64,000 nt of DNA from the NCBI GenBank assembly GCA_963777505.1, contig CAVZQN010000004.1, positions 64,001 through 128,000 of the forward strand. Reading direction: 5' to 3'. This DNA is from an uncultured bacterium (GTDB lineage: Bacteria > Acidobacteriota > HRBIN11 > JAKEFK01). Below are positions 8,607 to 17,471 of this stretch, piece after piece. Made by a program: the position numbers and the translations under genes. The notes under the pieces were generated by a model. It did no database searches. It worked only from the letters and a program-made list of their open reading frames with translations, and was not told the DNA's origin. The first letter of the stretch is position 1; each line of letters begins with the position of its first letter.

Positions 8607-10268
8607 ATGTCGAACGATAAAAATCCGGTAATGTTTGAAAAAAACAGGCCTGCTGGTGAATCTTTTGTATGGTTCACCTCCATGGGACTTTCCATCGGTT
8701 TGTTGATGGTTGTTTTTCTGCTTGTTTTGATCATTCTAAATGGAATTAGAGTTTTCTGGCCAGATAAGACTGCATTAATCAAACTCAAAGAAGGCAGTTC
8801 TGAGGCAATCAATAATCAGCCTTATGTTGCCGGAAACATTCTGAAGACACAAGAGAAATTAGGTACTCGCGGATCGATAGCTCCAGAAAAAGAACTCCAA
8901 GTTTTTATTGGGAATAAAGATATTTATGGAATGGGATTCAAATTTATTAATGAAAAGGAAATCGCAGAAATTCGACATCCTAAAGAGTTGATTGAAATTG
9001 AGCGACTTGAATATGGCGATGCAATCGGGCTTCCTCTGAATCTTCAACTTCAAGGCGGCAAAACAATCGCTGCATCCGATCCAAAATTTAACGAAGAGTT
9101 AAAAAAGATCGTAAACGAAGTACGCGCGCGATGGAATGAAATTCAGAAGATTGAAAAAAGTCAAATCGGTTCAGTAAATCGTTCAATGGAAAAACTGAAC
9201 ATTCAGAAAAGAAATTTGAAATCGAAAGATCCAAAAACCTTAAAGGAAATCGATGGAAGCCTTGCAAAACTGCAGGCTGAATATGAAGTTCTTGCAGCCA
9301 GAGCTTCACAGCTCAGGGAAAAACAATACGTAGATCATTTGAAATATAAACTCGTATCCGGCGAGGAAAAAGATTTACCTAGCGGTCAAATCGTTTCGTA
9401 TTTTTATCCGAATCAAATGAGTTGGTTTCAACAGGTTGGGATCTTTATGCACCGTTTGTGGGGTTTTGTCAGTGAAGAACCCAGAGAAGCCAATACTGAA
9501 GGTGGAATTTTCCCAGCCATTTTTGGAACCTTCGTTATGACTTTGCTGCTCAGCATAGCCGTAACTCCGTTCGGTGTTCTTGCTGCAATTTATTTGCGTG
9601 AGTATGCAAAGCAAGGAGTGTTCGTAAGATCTGTTCGGATTGCTGTCAATAATCTTGCTGGAGTCCCATCGATTGTTTTTGGCGTATTTGGTTTAGGATT
9701 TTTTGTTTATTTGATGGGTGGAACGATCGACAGACTTTTCTTCAGCGACGTCTTACCAACGCCTACTTTCGGAACAGGTGGAATTATGTGGGCCGCCTTA
9801 ACGCTCGCGCTGATGACGGTTCCTGTTGTGATTGTGGCGACAGAAGAGGCTCTGGCGGCGGTTCCTCGTGGAACTCGTGAAGGATCCCTTGCATGCGGAG
9901 CTTCAAAATGGCAAACGATTCAACGTGTGGTTTTGCCGGCCTCTGCACCCGGTATTTTGACTGGCTTAATTCTGGCAATGGCTCGTGGTGCCGGTGAAGT
10001 CGCACCCCTCATGCTCGTTGGAGTTGTTAAACTTGCGCCCAGCTTGCCATTGGATACGACTTATCCTTTCATTCATTTAGATCAAAAGTTTATGCATCTT
10101 GGTTTTCATATTTATGATTTAGGATTTCAATCACCTGATTCTGAAGCAGCAAAACCCATGGTTTTTGCAACCACATTCTTCTTAATCCTTCTAGTTGTCC
10201 TTTTGAACCTGGGAGCGATTGTAATTCGTGATCGTCTTAGAAAGAAATACTCAACAGGAGCCTTTTAG
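8607..10268 (+). CDS. pstA: Phosphate ABC permease PstA with coiled-coil insertion
   Basis: EPREANTEGGIFPAIFGT, NNLAGVPSIVFG, ARGAGEVAPL. Confidence 0.93.
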   Translation: MSNDKNPVMFEKNRPAGESFVWFTSMGLSIGLLMVVFLLVLIILNGIRVFWPDKTALIKLKEGSSEAINNQPYVAGNILKTQEKLGTRGSIAPEKELQVFIGNKDIYGMGFKFINEKEIAEIRHPKELIEIERLEYGDAIGLPLNLQLQGGKTIAASDPKFNEELKKIVNEVRARWNEIQKIEKSQIGSVNRSMEKLNIQKRNLKSKDPKTLKEIDGSLAKLQAEYEVLAARASQLREKQYVDHLKYKLVSGEEKDLPSGQIVSYFYPNQMSWFQQVGIFMHRLWGFVSEEPREANTEGGIFPAIFGTFVMTLLLSIAVTPFGVLAAIYLREYAKQGVFVRSVRIAVNNLAGVPSIVFGVFGLGFFVYLMGGTIDRLFFSDVLPTPTFGTGGIMWAALTLALMTVPVVIVATEEALAAVPRGTREGSLACGASKWQTIQRVVLPASAPGILTGLILAMARGAGEVAPLMLVGVVKLAPSLPLDTTYPFIHLDQKFMHLGFHIYDLGFQSPDSEAAKPMVFATTFFLILLVVLLNLGAIVIRDRLRKKYSTGAF

Positions 10269-10291
10269 ATTCGCAGAATTGGTAAAATGGT

Positions 10292-11131
10292 ATGGCAACA
10301 ATGACGCAAAACGAAGCGCAAAACTTACTCGCGATTAAAGTTTCTGAAAATGAACAGCCGAAACCGCATGACGGAGATCAGCATTTCATTAAGGTTGAAA
10401 AGTTTAATTTCTTTTATGGCTCAAACCATACGCTTCATGATATTGACTTCACAATACCTGAACGTCATGTCACTGCGCTAATTGGCCCATCTGGCTGCGG
10501 TAAAACCACGTTATTGCGCAGCATTAATCGAATGAACGATTTAATCGATGGAGTCCATCATTCCGGTGATATCAAAGTAAAAACTCAAAGTATTTATGAC
10601 CCTCATCTTGAAGTAATTTCACTTAGAAAGCGGATTGGAATGGTCTTTCAAAAATCGAATCCCTTTCCAAAAACAATTTACGAAAATGTTGTGTACAGCC
10701 TTCGCGTAGCCGGTCAGAGTAACAAATCCGTACTGGATGAAGTCGTTGAGAAAAGCTTAAAAGGCGCGGCTTTGTGGGAAGAAGTAAAGGATCGGTTAGA
10801 TGAGAGTGCTCTTGGACTTTCTGGCGGTCAGATGCAGCGTTTGTGCATCGCCAGAGCCATCGCAAATCGTCCAGAGATCATTTTAATGGATGAACCTTGC
10901 TCCGCACTGGATCCTGTGGCGACAAGCAAAATTGAAGATTTGATCCGTGAATTGCGAAGCGAATACACCATCGTTATTGTTACGCATAACATGCAACAAG
11001 CTGCCAGGATTTCTGATTACACAGCCTTCTTTTATCTTGGACGCTTAATTGAATACGATACAACTGTAAAAGTTTTTACAAATCCCTCCGTTAAACAGAC
11101 AGAAGATTACGTAACCGGCCGTTTCGGTTAA
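10292..11131 (+). CDS. pstB: Phosphate ABC ATPase
   Basis: [42 protein letters not shown]. Confidence 0.96.
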   Translation: MATMTQNEAQNLLAIKVSENEQPKPHDGDQHFIKVEKFNFFYGSNHTLHDIDFTIPERHVTALIGPSGCGKTTLLRSINRMNDLIDGVHHSGDIKVKTQSIYDPHLEVISLRKRIGMVFQKSNPFPKTIYENVVYSLRVAGQSNKSVLDEVVEKSLKGAALWEEVKDRLDESALGLSGGQMQRLCIARAIANRPEIILMDEPCSALDPVATSKIEDLIRELRSEYTIVIVTHNMQQAARISDYTAFFYLGRLIEYDTTVKVFTNPSVKQTEDYVTGRFG

Positions 11132-11166
11132 GACTTACCGCAAAGACTCAAAGAATCCTTCCCAAA

Positions 11167-11220
11167 TTAACATCACCGAAACATTCCTTTGACAATTGCG
11201 TAATGCTGTCCACGTAGACT
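11167..11220 (+). promoter_or_regulatory. Pho-box-type promoter of porin gene
   Basis: TTAACA-N5-GAAACA-N5-TTGACA-N20-TAGACT. Confidence 0.8.
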
Positions 11221-11263
11221 GTGATCGCTTTATTGAAAACCACAACCAAAGACCCCAGGAGGG

Positions 11264-12634
11264 ATGCGCATGAAGTTCGCACTAGGAAGTCTTCTTATTA
11301 CCGTTCTATTTGTGGCTATTTTTGTGCCCCAAAATGCAGTCGCACAGGCGGGAGGAGCCTTTTATGTTGAAGAAGTTGTAGAAGGCAGAATTTATGTCTT
11401 CAACGACCCGAAGCAGTATCAGCTCTTTAAAGACAGTGGCCAATTAGAAGTACGAATTACGAGAATTGGCGCTGGCCCGAATGGTGAAACGATGTATTTC
11501 GATAGCGAAAATGCCATTCATTTGTATAACTTCAAACACGATCTTCCACCTGAAGTCATCATTAAGGCGGAAGAGAAAAAACCCAAGATGAGCGTTACAT
11601 GGAAGGATGGTAAGACGACGATTGAAACTGATAACGCTTTGTTAAACATTTCGAACCGGATTCAAGTCCGTTACACTAATTCAGAATTGCTGCCTGCGGT
11701 TTTACCCCCAGGTCTCGATCCAGGGGATAGACAAGGTTCGTTCCGGATTCGTCGAGCCAAAACAAAGTTTGATGGATGGTTTTACACGAAAGATCTGACA
11801 TATGAAGTGCAATTAAACTGGGCCGACGTCGTCAATGCTCTAGAAGATGCAAATCTTCAATTCGACATGACGCGTGGTAAAAAGTTGTTCATGATCAAAG
11901 GCGGACAATTCAAAGTTCCATTTGGCCGTCAGCAATTGACTTCATCCGGAAGCCAACAGTTTGTTGATCGCGCTCTCGTTTCCGATCTCTTTGCGCGCGG
12001 CCGTGATATTGGAGTCCAACTCTGGGGATTGCCTTTCAATGAAAAAGTTGATTGGCGTATAGGAATCTTCAATGGTAACGGACGTAACGTGACACTCAAC
12101 GATAACGCAGATTATCAATTTGATGCCCGCGTGACGTTTCAACCCTTCGGCGACGTTAAGTACAGTGAATCCGATTTTGAAAGCACAGACAAACCGTTAT
12201 TTGCAATCGCAGCACAATATGAAACAACTGAACAAGCAGGTGCGCTAGTTGGAACTACAGCTGCATTCCGCCGGGAATTGGATACTTACGGCTTTGATGC
12301 TGTTTTCAAATACAAAGGGATTTTTGTTTTTTATGATCACTACCAAAGAGAACTAACAGATGCCCTTACAGGCATATCAATCGATTTGAATGGTTATAAC
12401 ATTCAAGGTGGATTTCTATTCTTCAAACGCCGATTAGAAATTGCAGGCCGTTATGCAGTAATTGACCCGAACGAAAGTATTGATGATAACCTGCAAAAAG
12501 AATGGGGTCCGGCTTTTGGCTATTACTACAACAAGCATAATCTAAAATTGCAGGCTGATTACCGTCGATTGGAGAACGAAGCTGCGAATACTGAATTTGA
12601 TGAATTCAGGATTCAGCTTCAATTCATTTTCTAG
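11264..12634 (+). CDS. Phosphate-selective porin OprO/OprP family with extra N-terminal domain
   Basis: Signal peptide, FRIRRAKTKFDG, GGQFKVPFGR, QFVDRA, C-terminal QLQFIF beta-signal. Confidence 0.8.
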   Translation: MRMKFALGSLLITVLFVAIFVPQNAVAQAGGAFYVEEVVEGRIYVFNDPKQYQLFKDSGQLEVRITRIGAGPNGETMYFDSENAIHLYNFKHDLPPEVIIKAEEKKPKMSVTWKDGKTTIETDNALLNISNRIQVRYTNSELLPAVLPPGLDPGDRQGSFRIRRAKTKFDGWFYTKDLTYEVQLNWADVVNALEDANLQFDMTRGKKLFMIKGGQFKVPFGRQQLTSSGSQQFVDRALVSDLFARGRDIGVQLWGLPFNEKVDWRIGIFNGNGRNVTLNDNADYQFDARVTFQPFGDVKYSESDFESTDKPLFAIAAQYETTEQAGALVGTTAAFRRELDTYGFDAVFKYKGIFVFYDHYQRELTDALTGISIDLNGYNIQGGFLFFKRRLEIAGRYAVIDPNESIDDNLQKEWGPAFGYYYNKHNLKLQADYRRLENEAANTEFDEFRIQLQFIF

Positions 12635-12672
12635 CATCATCTATAGCCCTCAATAGACTTTCCCTGGTTGAT

Positions 12673-12702
12673 GAGCGTGACCTTCTCTCGGAGGTCACGC
12701 TT
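12673..12702. terminator. Hairpin between the convergent porin genes
   Basis: GAGCGTGACCTT-CTCTCG-GAGGTCACGCTT followed by a T-rich run. Confidence 0.65.
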
Positions 12703-12727
12703 GTCTTTTTTAATCCACCTTCAATGA

Positions 12728-13999
12728 TTAAATACTGAGGTCCCATTGAAGACGTGCGCGCCACCCTGAATCATCTCCGGGTGGTGTATTCAATGAAAGG
12801 CGTGAAATATCCAGTGTGATTTTGTTTCGATGCTTATTCATAAACCAATTCGCCCCCCAGGTTAGTTCACGTCTTTCTGCATCTTCCGACAATTGTTCGC
12901 CATTTACGAAAGCAGCTCTAAATGCCAGCTCAAGCGCCCTTGGAAAATTTGAGTTTAATGCGTGAAGAAAATAACCAGCTTGAGCATATCCTCCCTCAAA
13001 ATCCGTTGATTTTGATAAAACTCGATCCTCAATTTCTTTCCAATGGTACTCAGACTGCAAGGCCAGCCCTCGATGTTGATAAGCAAACTCGGCCAGCATT
13101 TGAACAATGTCATAGCGTTCTGCTACATCCGAAGTAAAGCCTTCCAGTTCTCCGCCTCCGGACCCGCTAAAGCGTGTAAATCTACTTCGATTCCTAATGG
13201 CTCCGAATGCGAGACTCGCTGCTGGTTCTTCGCGGATATCTACATCACTTTGAGAAAATTCCAAATCGCGTTTCAAGAAATTCCATTGATAACGACCGAC
13301 TACCATTGGAGTTCCTTCATTACTAAAATTGCCCGCCCCTTCGCCTGAAAACAACCCAACAAAATATCTGCTATCGGCTCGTTTTCCAGCAAACAAACGT
13401 CCCATCACCATAAACCCAGGTTGTCGATCGATGGTGAATACGCGATTCACAATAGACCTATCTACGAATTGTAGTTCTCCGGATGAATCTCTTCTTTCCC
13501 TGTTGTATTCCGCTTTCCATTGTCCAAACCGGACCTGGATATCTTTTCTTTTAACGATGGTCAATCTGAAATCCAGGAGCATGCCGTTTACGATGTCATA
13601 TTCTGTGTAGTAGTCGATCCATGGACCCAATGCATGACCGCCCCACTTCAAGCGTGCGCGGCGGATGCTGAATTCGTATTCATCATTTGCATCGAAATCG
13701 TCCAACGTGATTGGATCATCATCAAATGGATATGACAATCGGAATTGGCCACGTAGTCCAACCCACGCACTAAACCTGCCATCGTTCGTTTTTACCTCAA
13801 AACCGTGTTCACCGTAATCAATCGTGACACCAGTTTCATTTGAGTCGCTCGTAGAATCATCAGCAAGTTCGTCAAGTCTGAATGCGGGATCATTTTTGAA
13901 CCGACTATAGTCCACCGATGTTTCTTCTGCGAAAAGAAATGTTGAAATACAGAGGGCTTTCAATAAGAAAATCAGAAAGAAAATGAACCGTAGTTTCAA
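12728..13999 (-). CDS. Phosphate-selective porin OprO/OprP family
   Basis: FSIRRARLKWGG, RFGQWKAEYNRE, SSGELQFVDRS, GANWFMNKH. Confidence 0.78.
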   Translation of the reverse strand: MKLRFIFFLIFLLKALCISTFLFAEETSVDYSRFKNDPAFRLDELADDSTSDSNETGVTIDYGEHGFEVKTNDGRFSAWVGLRGQFRLSYPFDDDPITLDDFDANDEYEFSIRRARLKWGGHALGPWIDYYTEYDIVNGMLLDFRLTIVKRKDIQVRFGQWKAEYNRERRDSSGELQFVDRSIVNRVFTIDRQPGFMVMGRLFAGKRADSRYFVGLFSGEGAGNFSNEGTPMVVGRYQWNFLKRDLEFSQSDVDIREEPAASLAFGAIRNRSRFTRFSGSGGGELEGFTSDVAERYDIVQMLAEFAYQHRGLALQSEYHWKEIEDRVLSKSTDFEGGYAQAGYFLHALNSNFPRALELAFRAAFVNGEQLSEDAERRELTWGANWFMNKHRNKITLDISRLSLNTPPGDDSGWRARLQWDLSI

Positions 14000-14040
14000 A
14001 ATTAATCTCCGAAATACAACTGGAAAACCTAAGCGAGAGA

Positions 14041-14866
14041 TTAATTTTCCGCCTGCTTTTCTCTTTCATTCTGGAAAGTACGCATATCCGGAGCCGGGTA
14101 ACCCGCAGTCTGAAAGGTCTCTTGAATCACGCGGTTTGTATCGAAATAAACTTGCCAATAGTTGTCAATTTTGCAGTAGGGACGAACCGCAATCATTGTG
14201 CCATCCCGAGCTAATTGAAGGATTTCAACATCCGGTTTTGGATCCTTAAGAACGTTCGGAATGTTTTCAACGCGCGGCTTTAATTGTTTGATCGCTTCAG
14301 CTGGATCTACCGTGTAATGTAATGGTGCTTGAAGATCAACACGCCGGAATGGAGTTGAAGAATAATTCTGGATGTTATCGGAGAAGATCTTATTGTTACC
14401 AACGATCGTCCGAACATTATCGGGTGTATTAATCGTTGTGGCGAATAGTCCGATCTCCTCAACGGCACCTGTTGCTCCTCCTGCCGAAACAAGATCTCCA
14501 ACTTTAAATGGTTTGAAAATAATCAGGAAAATGCCTGCAGCTAAATTTGCAAGCAAGCCGCCCCACGCAGCACCAATCGCAATTCCAATTGCAGCAAGCA
14601 GCGCTGCAAATGTCGTTGTTTGTACTCCGAAGACTCCAAGAATGGCAACAACTAAGGACGATCTTTAAGAGTACGGAAAGCGCTGAAGAAATGTAGTTGA
14701 TTAGAGTGACATCAACTTTTTTCAGTTTTAAAGCGCGCTGTACAATCCCTACAAAAAGGCGGATCAACCAGGAACCAATAATCCAAAGCGCTAGTGCGCC
14801 AAGAATTTTCAGACCCAGGTTTGTACCATGCAGAACTAAAGTTTCTTTGAATTTTTCAAGATTCAC
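14041..14866 (-). pseudogene. mscS: Small-conductance mechanosensitive channel MscS, split by a 1-bp insertion (possibly an assembly error)
   Basis: Removing one base near 14653-14657 joins ...LLKIVL to VVAILGVFGVQTTTFAALL...GGLLANLAAG...KPFKVGD. Confidence 0.8.
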
Positions 14867-14950
14867 TATTCACACTCCTCGGTCACTTTATAGGTGAATC
14901 TTACCGTTCTTGGAAAACTACTGCTAGAGGACTTTAGGCCAATATTGACT

Positions 14951-15277
14951 TTAGCTTTCCCAGGAGAATCCAACCGCCGCAGGTACTTCGTAATGCTTGA
15001 GTTCCGGTTCCAATTCCAACAAGAATTCAGCATCTGCAGGGTAGTAAACGGCCTTGTTAATATCTTCACCCGCGAATCGCTTAATTGATTCGCTCGAATC
15101 CCAAAATGAAATGATGGTGAACTCCGCAATCTCTTGATTTAGCCGTCTGAACATTAAGACACCACGATTTCCTTTCGTCTCATGAAGTTCCTTAACCCCT
15201 GTTTGATTCATGTACTCCGTGTATTGTTCCGCTTTCGAAGCAGGCGTTCTTCCCGACCACACTCGAGCAATCATCAA
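14951..15277 (-). CDS. Antibiotic biosynthesis monooxygenase-like (dimeric alpha/beta barrel) protein
   Basis: MIARVWSG...SFWDSSESIKRFAGEDINKAVYYP...LLE pattern; RBS AGGAGG. Confidence 0.75.
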   Translation of the reverse strand: MMIARVWSGRTPASKAEQYTEYMNQTGVKELHETKGNRGVLMFRRLNQEIAEFTIISFWDSSESIKRFAGEDINKAVYYPADAEFLLELEPELKHYEVPAAVGFSWES

Positions 15278-15291
15278 TGCCTCCTAAGGTT

Positions 15292-15367
15292 TTCTAACCA
15301 GTGAACTTAATTTACTGGTTAGAATGTAATACAGCCAATATAACCTGTCAAATCGTTTTATAGGTTA
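15292..15367. promoter_or_regulatory. Two operator-like inverted repeats TAACC-N17-GGTTA in the divergent promoter
   Basis: 15295-15321 (within an 11-bp perfect IR) and 15341-15367; the second overlaps -10 TATAAT at 15366-15371. Confidence 0.7.
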
Positions 15368-15378
15368 TAATCCCTGTC

Positions 15379-16038
15379 ATGGAAAAGAGGATCAGAAGAG
15401 GCGGCATTCGGACTCCTGAGGGTTTTCTTTTTGAATTCTCCGGAGGAAATGTTTCATTGGATTTTGTTAATACTGTTGATACAAGACCATCTGAGCAACC
15501 AAATGAATTGCTGCAAACTTACAATGAACTTTTTTCATGGGGACGTCAGGCCAGACTCCTGACGCGGATGCAAGAGCTAAATCTTTTGAAGAAAGCGGTC
15601 CGCGATCCGAAGAGAGCTGAATCCGTACGCAAGTCAGCAATTGCTTTACGTGAATGTTTGTTTCAGATCCTTTTGCAGACTATCGAGAGGAAAGAAATTT
15701 CAGATGAACTGCTGGCAAAATGGAACCATTATGTTCAGCGTTCAATGGATAACCATGAATTGATTGCTGGGAAGGACGGATTTAAATGGACTTCCACGGC
15801 GGATCCGCTTGAATTCGATTCCTTTTTCTGGCCTGTGGTGCAATCTGCCGTAGAACTTTTAACGGGACCCAATGCCGATAGGATCCGCAGATGTGCTGCA
15901 GAATATTGTGACTGGCTTTTCCTGGATGAAAGTAAACGGGGAAATCGGCGATGGTGCGATATGACGATCTGTGGAAACCGCGCAAAAGCTGAACGCTTTT
16001 ATTCAAAAAAGAAAAAACCTTTGCGTTCTCGGCGGTAG
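15379..16038 (+). CDS. ABATE / CGNR zinc-finger protein (putative regulator)
   Basis: LDFVNT at N-terminus; C-x4-C...FLDESKRGNRRWCDMTICGNRAK. Confidence 0.92.
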   Translation: MEKRIRRGGIRTPEGFLFEFSGGNVSLDFVNTVDTRPSEQPNELLQTYNELFSWGRQARLLTRMQELNLLKKAVRDPKRAESVRKSAIALRECLFQILLQTIERKEISDELLAKWNHYVQRSMDNHELIAGKDGFKWTSTADPLEFDSFFWPVVQSAVELLTGPNADRIRRCAAEYCDWLFLDESKRGNRRWCDMTICGNRAKAERFYSKKKKPLRSRR

Positions 16039-16043
16039 AAAAA

Positions 16044-17291
16044 TCATTTCACTTTAACAACAAGCATTGTAATGTCATCGGATTGATCTGAGCCACCAAC
16101 GAACGTTTGAACATCCATATATATAGTCTCTTTAAGACTCGACGCCGATTGATTGCAGTTTTCCAGAATCAGCTTTTCCAACCGCTCATCGCCGTATGCA
16201 CCGTTCTTTGAATTGTTTGCCTCGGTAATACCATCCGTAAACATAACGAGAACGTCATTCGGTTCCAAAACATACTCTTTACAAACAAACGACGCAGATT
16301 CGATGCCTCCCAGGACTACACCTGTCGTTGGCAGTCTTATGAAATTACCATTACGAGCCAACAAGGGCGGATAGTGTCCTGCATTCACTATTTGCAGCAT
16401 TCTTGAAGAAGGATCCAGGATGCCAATAAAAAAAGTAATAAATTTGTTTTCCGTTGAGGTCCGGAAAATAACACGATTGACTCTGGTGATCAATTCATCC
16501 AGCTTAAAATTGCTTTCAAGATAGGCTCGCATGCATGCTTGTAAAGTTGATACAAGCAACGCAGCAGGCACCCCTTTGCCGGAAGCATCTGCGATTGCAA
16601 AGGCTGTCCTGCCATCGGGCAAAGAAATAACATCGTAATAGTCTCCCCCGACTTGTTTTGCTGGAACACACAGCCCTGAGATTTCAAAACCATGAATCTC
16701 TGGAATTGTTTTTGGCAGGATCATTTTTTGGATTGTCGCAGCAACTTCAAGTTCTTTTTCAATACTTTCCTTTTCAAGCGCTTCTTTAAACAACCTCGCA
16801 TTCTCAATTGCAAGACATGCATCCAAAGAAAGTAGATCCAAAAACTTAATGTCCTCCTGGGAAAAATATCCGTTCAGTTTATTAACAATCTGGATTACAC
16901 CGATTTTTTTCCCCTTTCGATCCTTCATTGGCGTACAGAGCATAGTCTTGGTGTGATATCCGGTTTGCTTATCAACCTCGCGATTAAATCTTGGATCTTT
17001 ATATGCGTCTTTGAGAATGACTTTCTTGCCTGTTTTGGCAACATGACCAGCGATTCCTTTTCCGATCGGAAGCCGGATGTCTACCTTGATGTCTCCTTGT
17101 AAAACCTTTGACCAGAGTTCTTTTGTTTTGTAATCAATGAGATAAACGGTGCCTCGGTCTGCATGCAGATTGTTGGTCGCTGTTTCAAGGATGATTTGCA
17201 GGATTTTTTCTAATCTCAGTGTTGAGTTGAGCAGCTTCCTGATTTTGACAAGTTCAAGAAGTCTGTTGGTTCTTCTATTGCTTTTTTTCAT
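16044..17291 (-). CDS. GAF-PP2C (SpoIIE/RsbU-like) phosphatase
   Basis: GAF (GIAGHVAKTG, DAYKDPRFN, NK..GYF...D) plus VGGDYYD, ADASGKG, TDGITE, DDIT. Confidence 0.9.
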   Translation of the reverse strand: MKKSNRRTNRLLELVKIRKLLNSTLRLEKILQIILETATNNLHADRGTVYLIDYKTKELWSKVLQGDIKVDIRLPIGKGIAGHVAKTGKKVILKDAYKDPRFNREVDKQTGYHTKTMLCTPMKDRKGKKIGVIQIVNKLNGYFSQEDIKFLDLLSLDACLAIENARLFKEALEKESIEKELEVAATIQKMILPKTIPEIHGFEISGLCVPAKQVGGDYYDVISLPDGRTAFAIADASGKGVPAALLVSTLQACMRAYLESNFKLDELITRVNRVIFRTSTENKFITFFIGILDPSSRMLQIVNAGHYPPLLARNGNFIRLPTTGVVLGGIESASFVCKEYVLEPNDVLVMFTDGITEANNSKNGAYGDERLEKLILENCNQSASSLKETIYMDVQTFVGGSDQSDDITMLVVKVK

Positions 17292-17307
17292 TTAAAACCG
17301 CATACAT

Positions 17308-17361
17308 TTTACCCCCATAAAACGTCCATGAAACATCGAAGAAATGAGTAAAAGTTACTCT
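17308..17361 (+). promoter_or_regulatory. Pho-box-type promoter upstream of ppx
   Basis: TTTACC-N5-AAAACG-N5-GAAACA-N20-TACTCT; same geometry and same -10 as the phoU promoter. Confidence 0.55.
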
Positions 17362-17407
17362 TATAACAGTTTTTATATGCCCACAATATGTCACCCTGGT
17401 AGAATTA

Positions 17408-17443
17408 GGCGTGGCTCGACCCCGGGCCACGCTTGTTTTTTTT
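17408..17443 (+). terminator. Intrinsic terminator upstream of ppx
   Basis: GGCGTGGCTCG-ACCC-CGGGCCACGCT followed by TGTTTTTTTT. Confidence 0.75.
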
Positions 17444-17471
17444 CCTCATGATCAGGCATACTCTTATTCGT

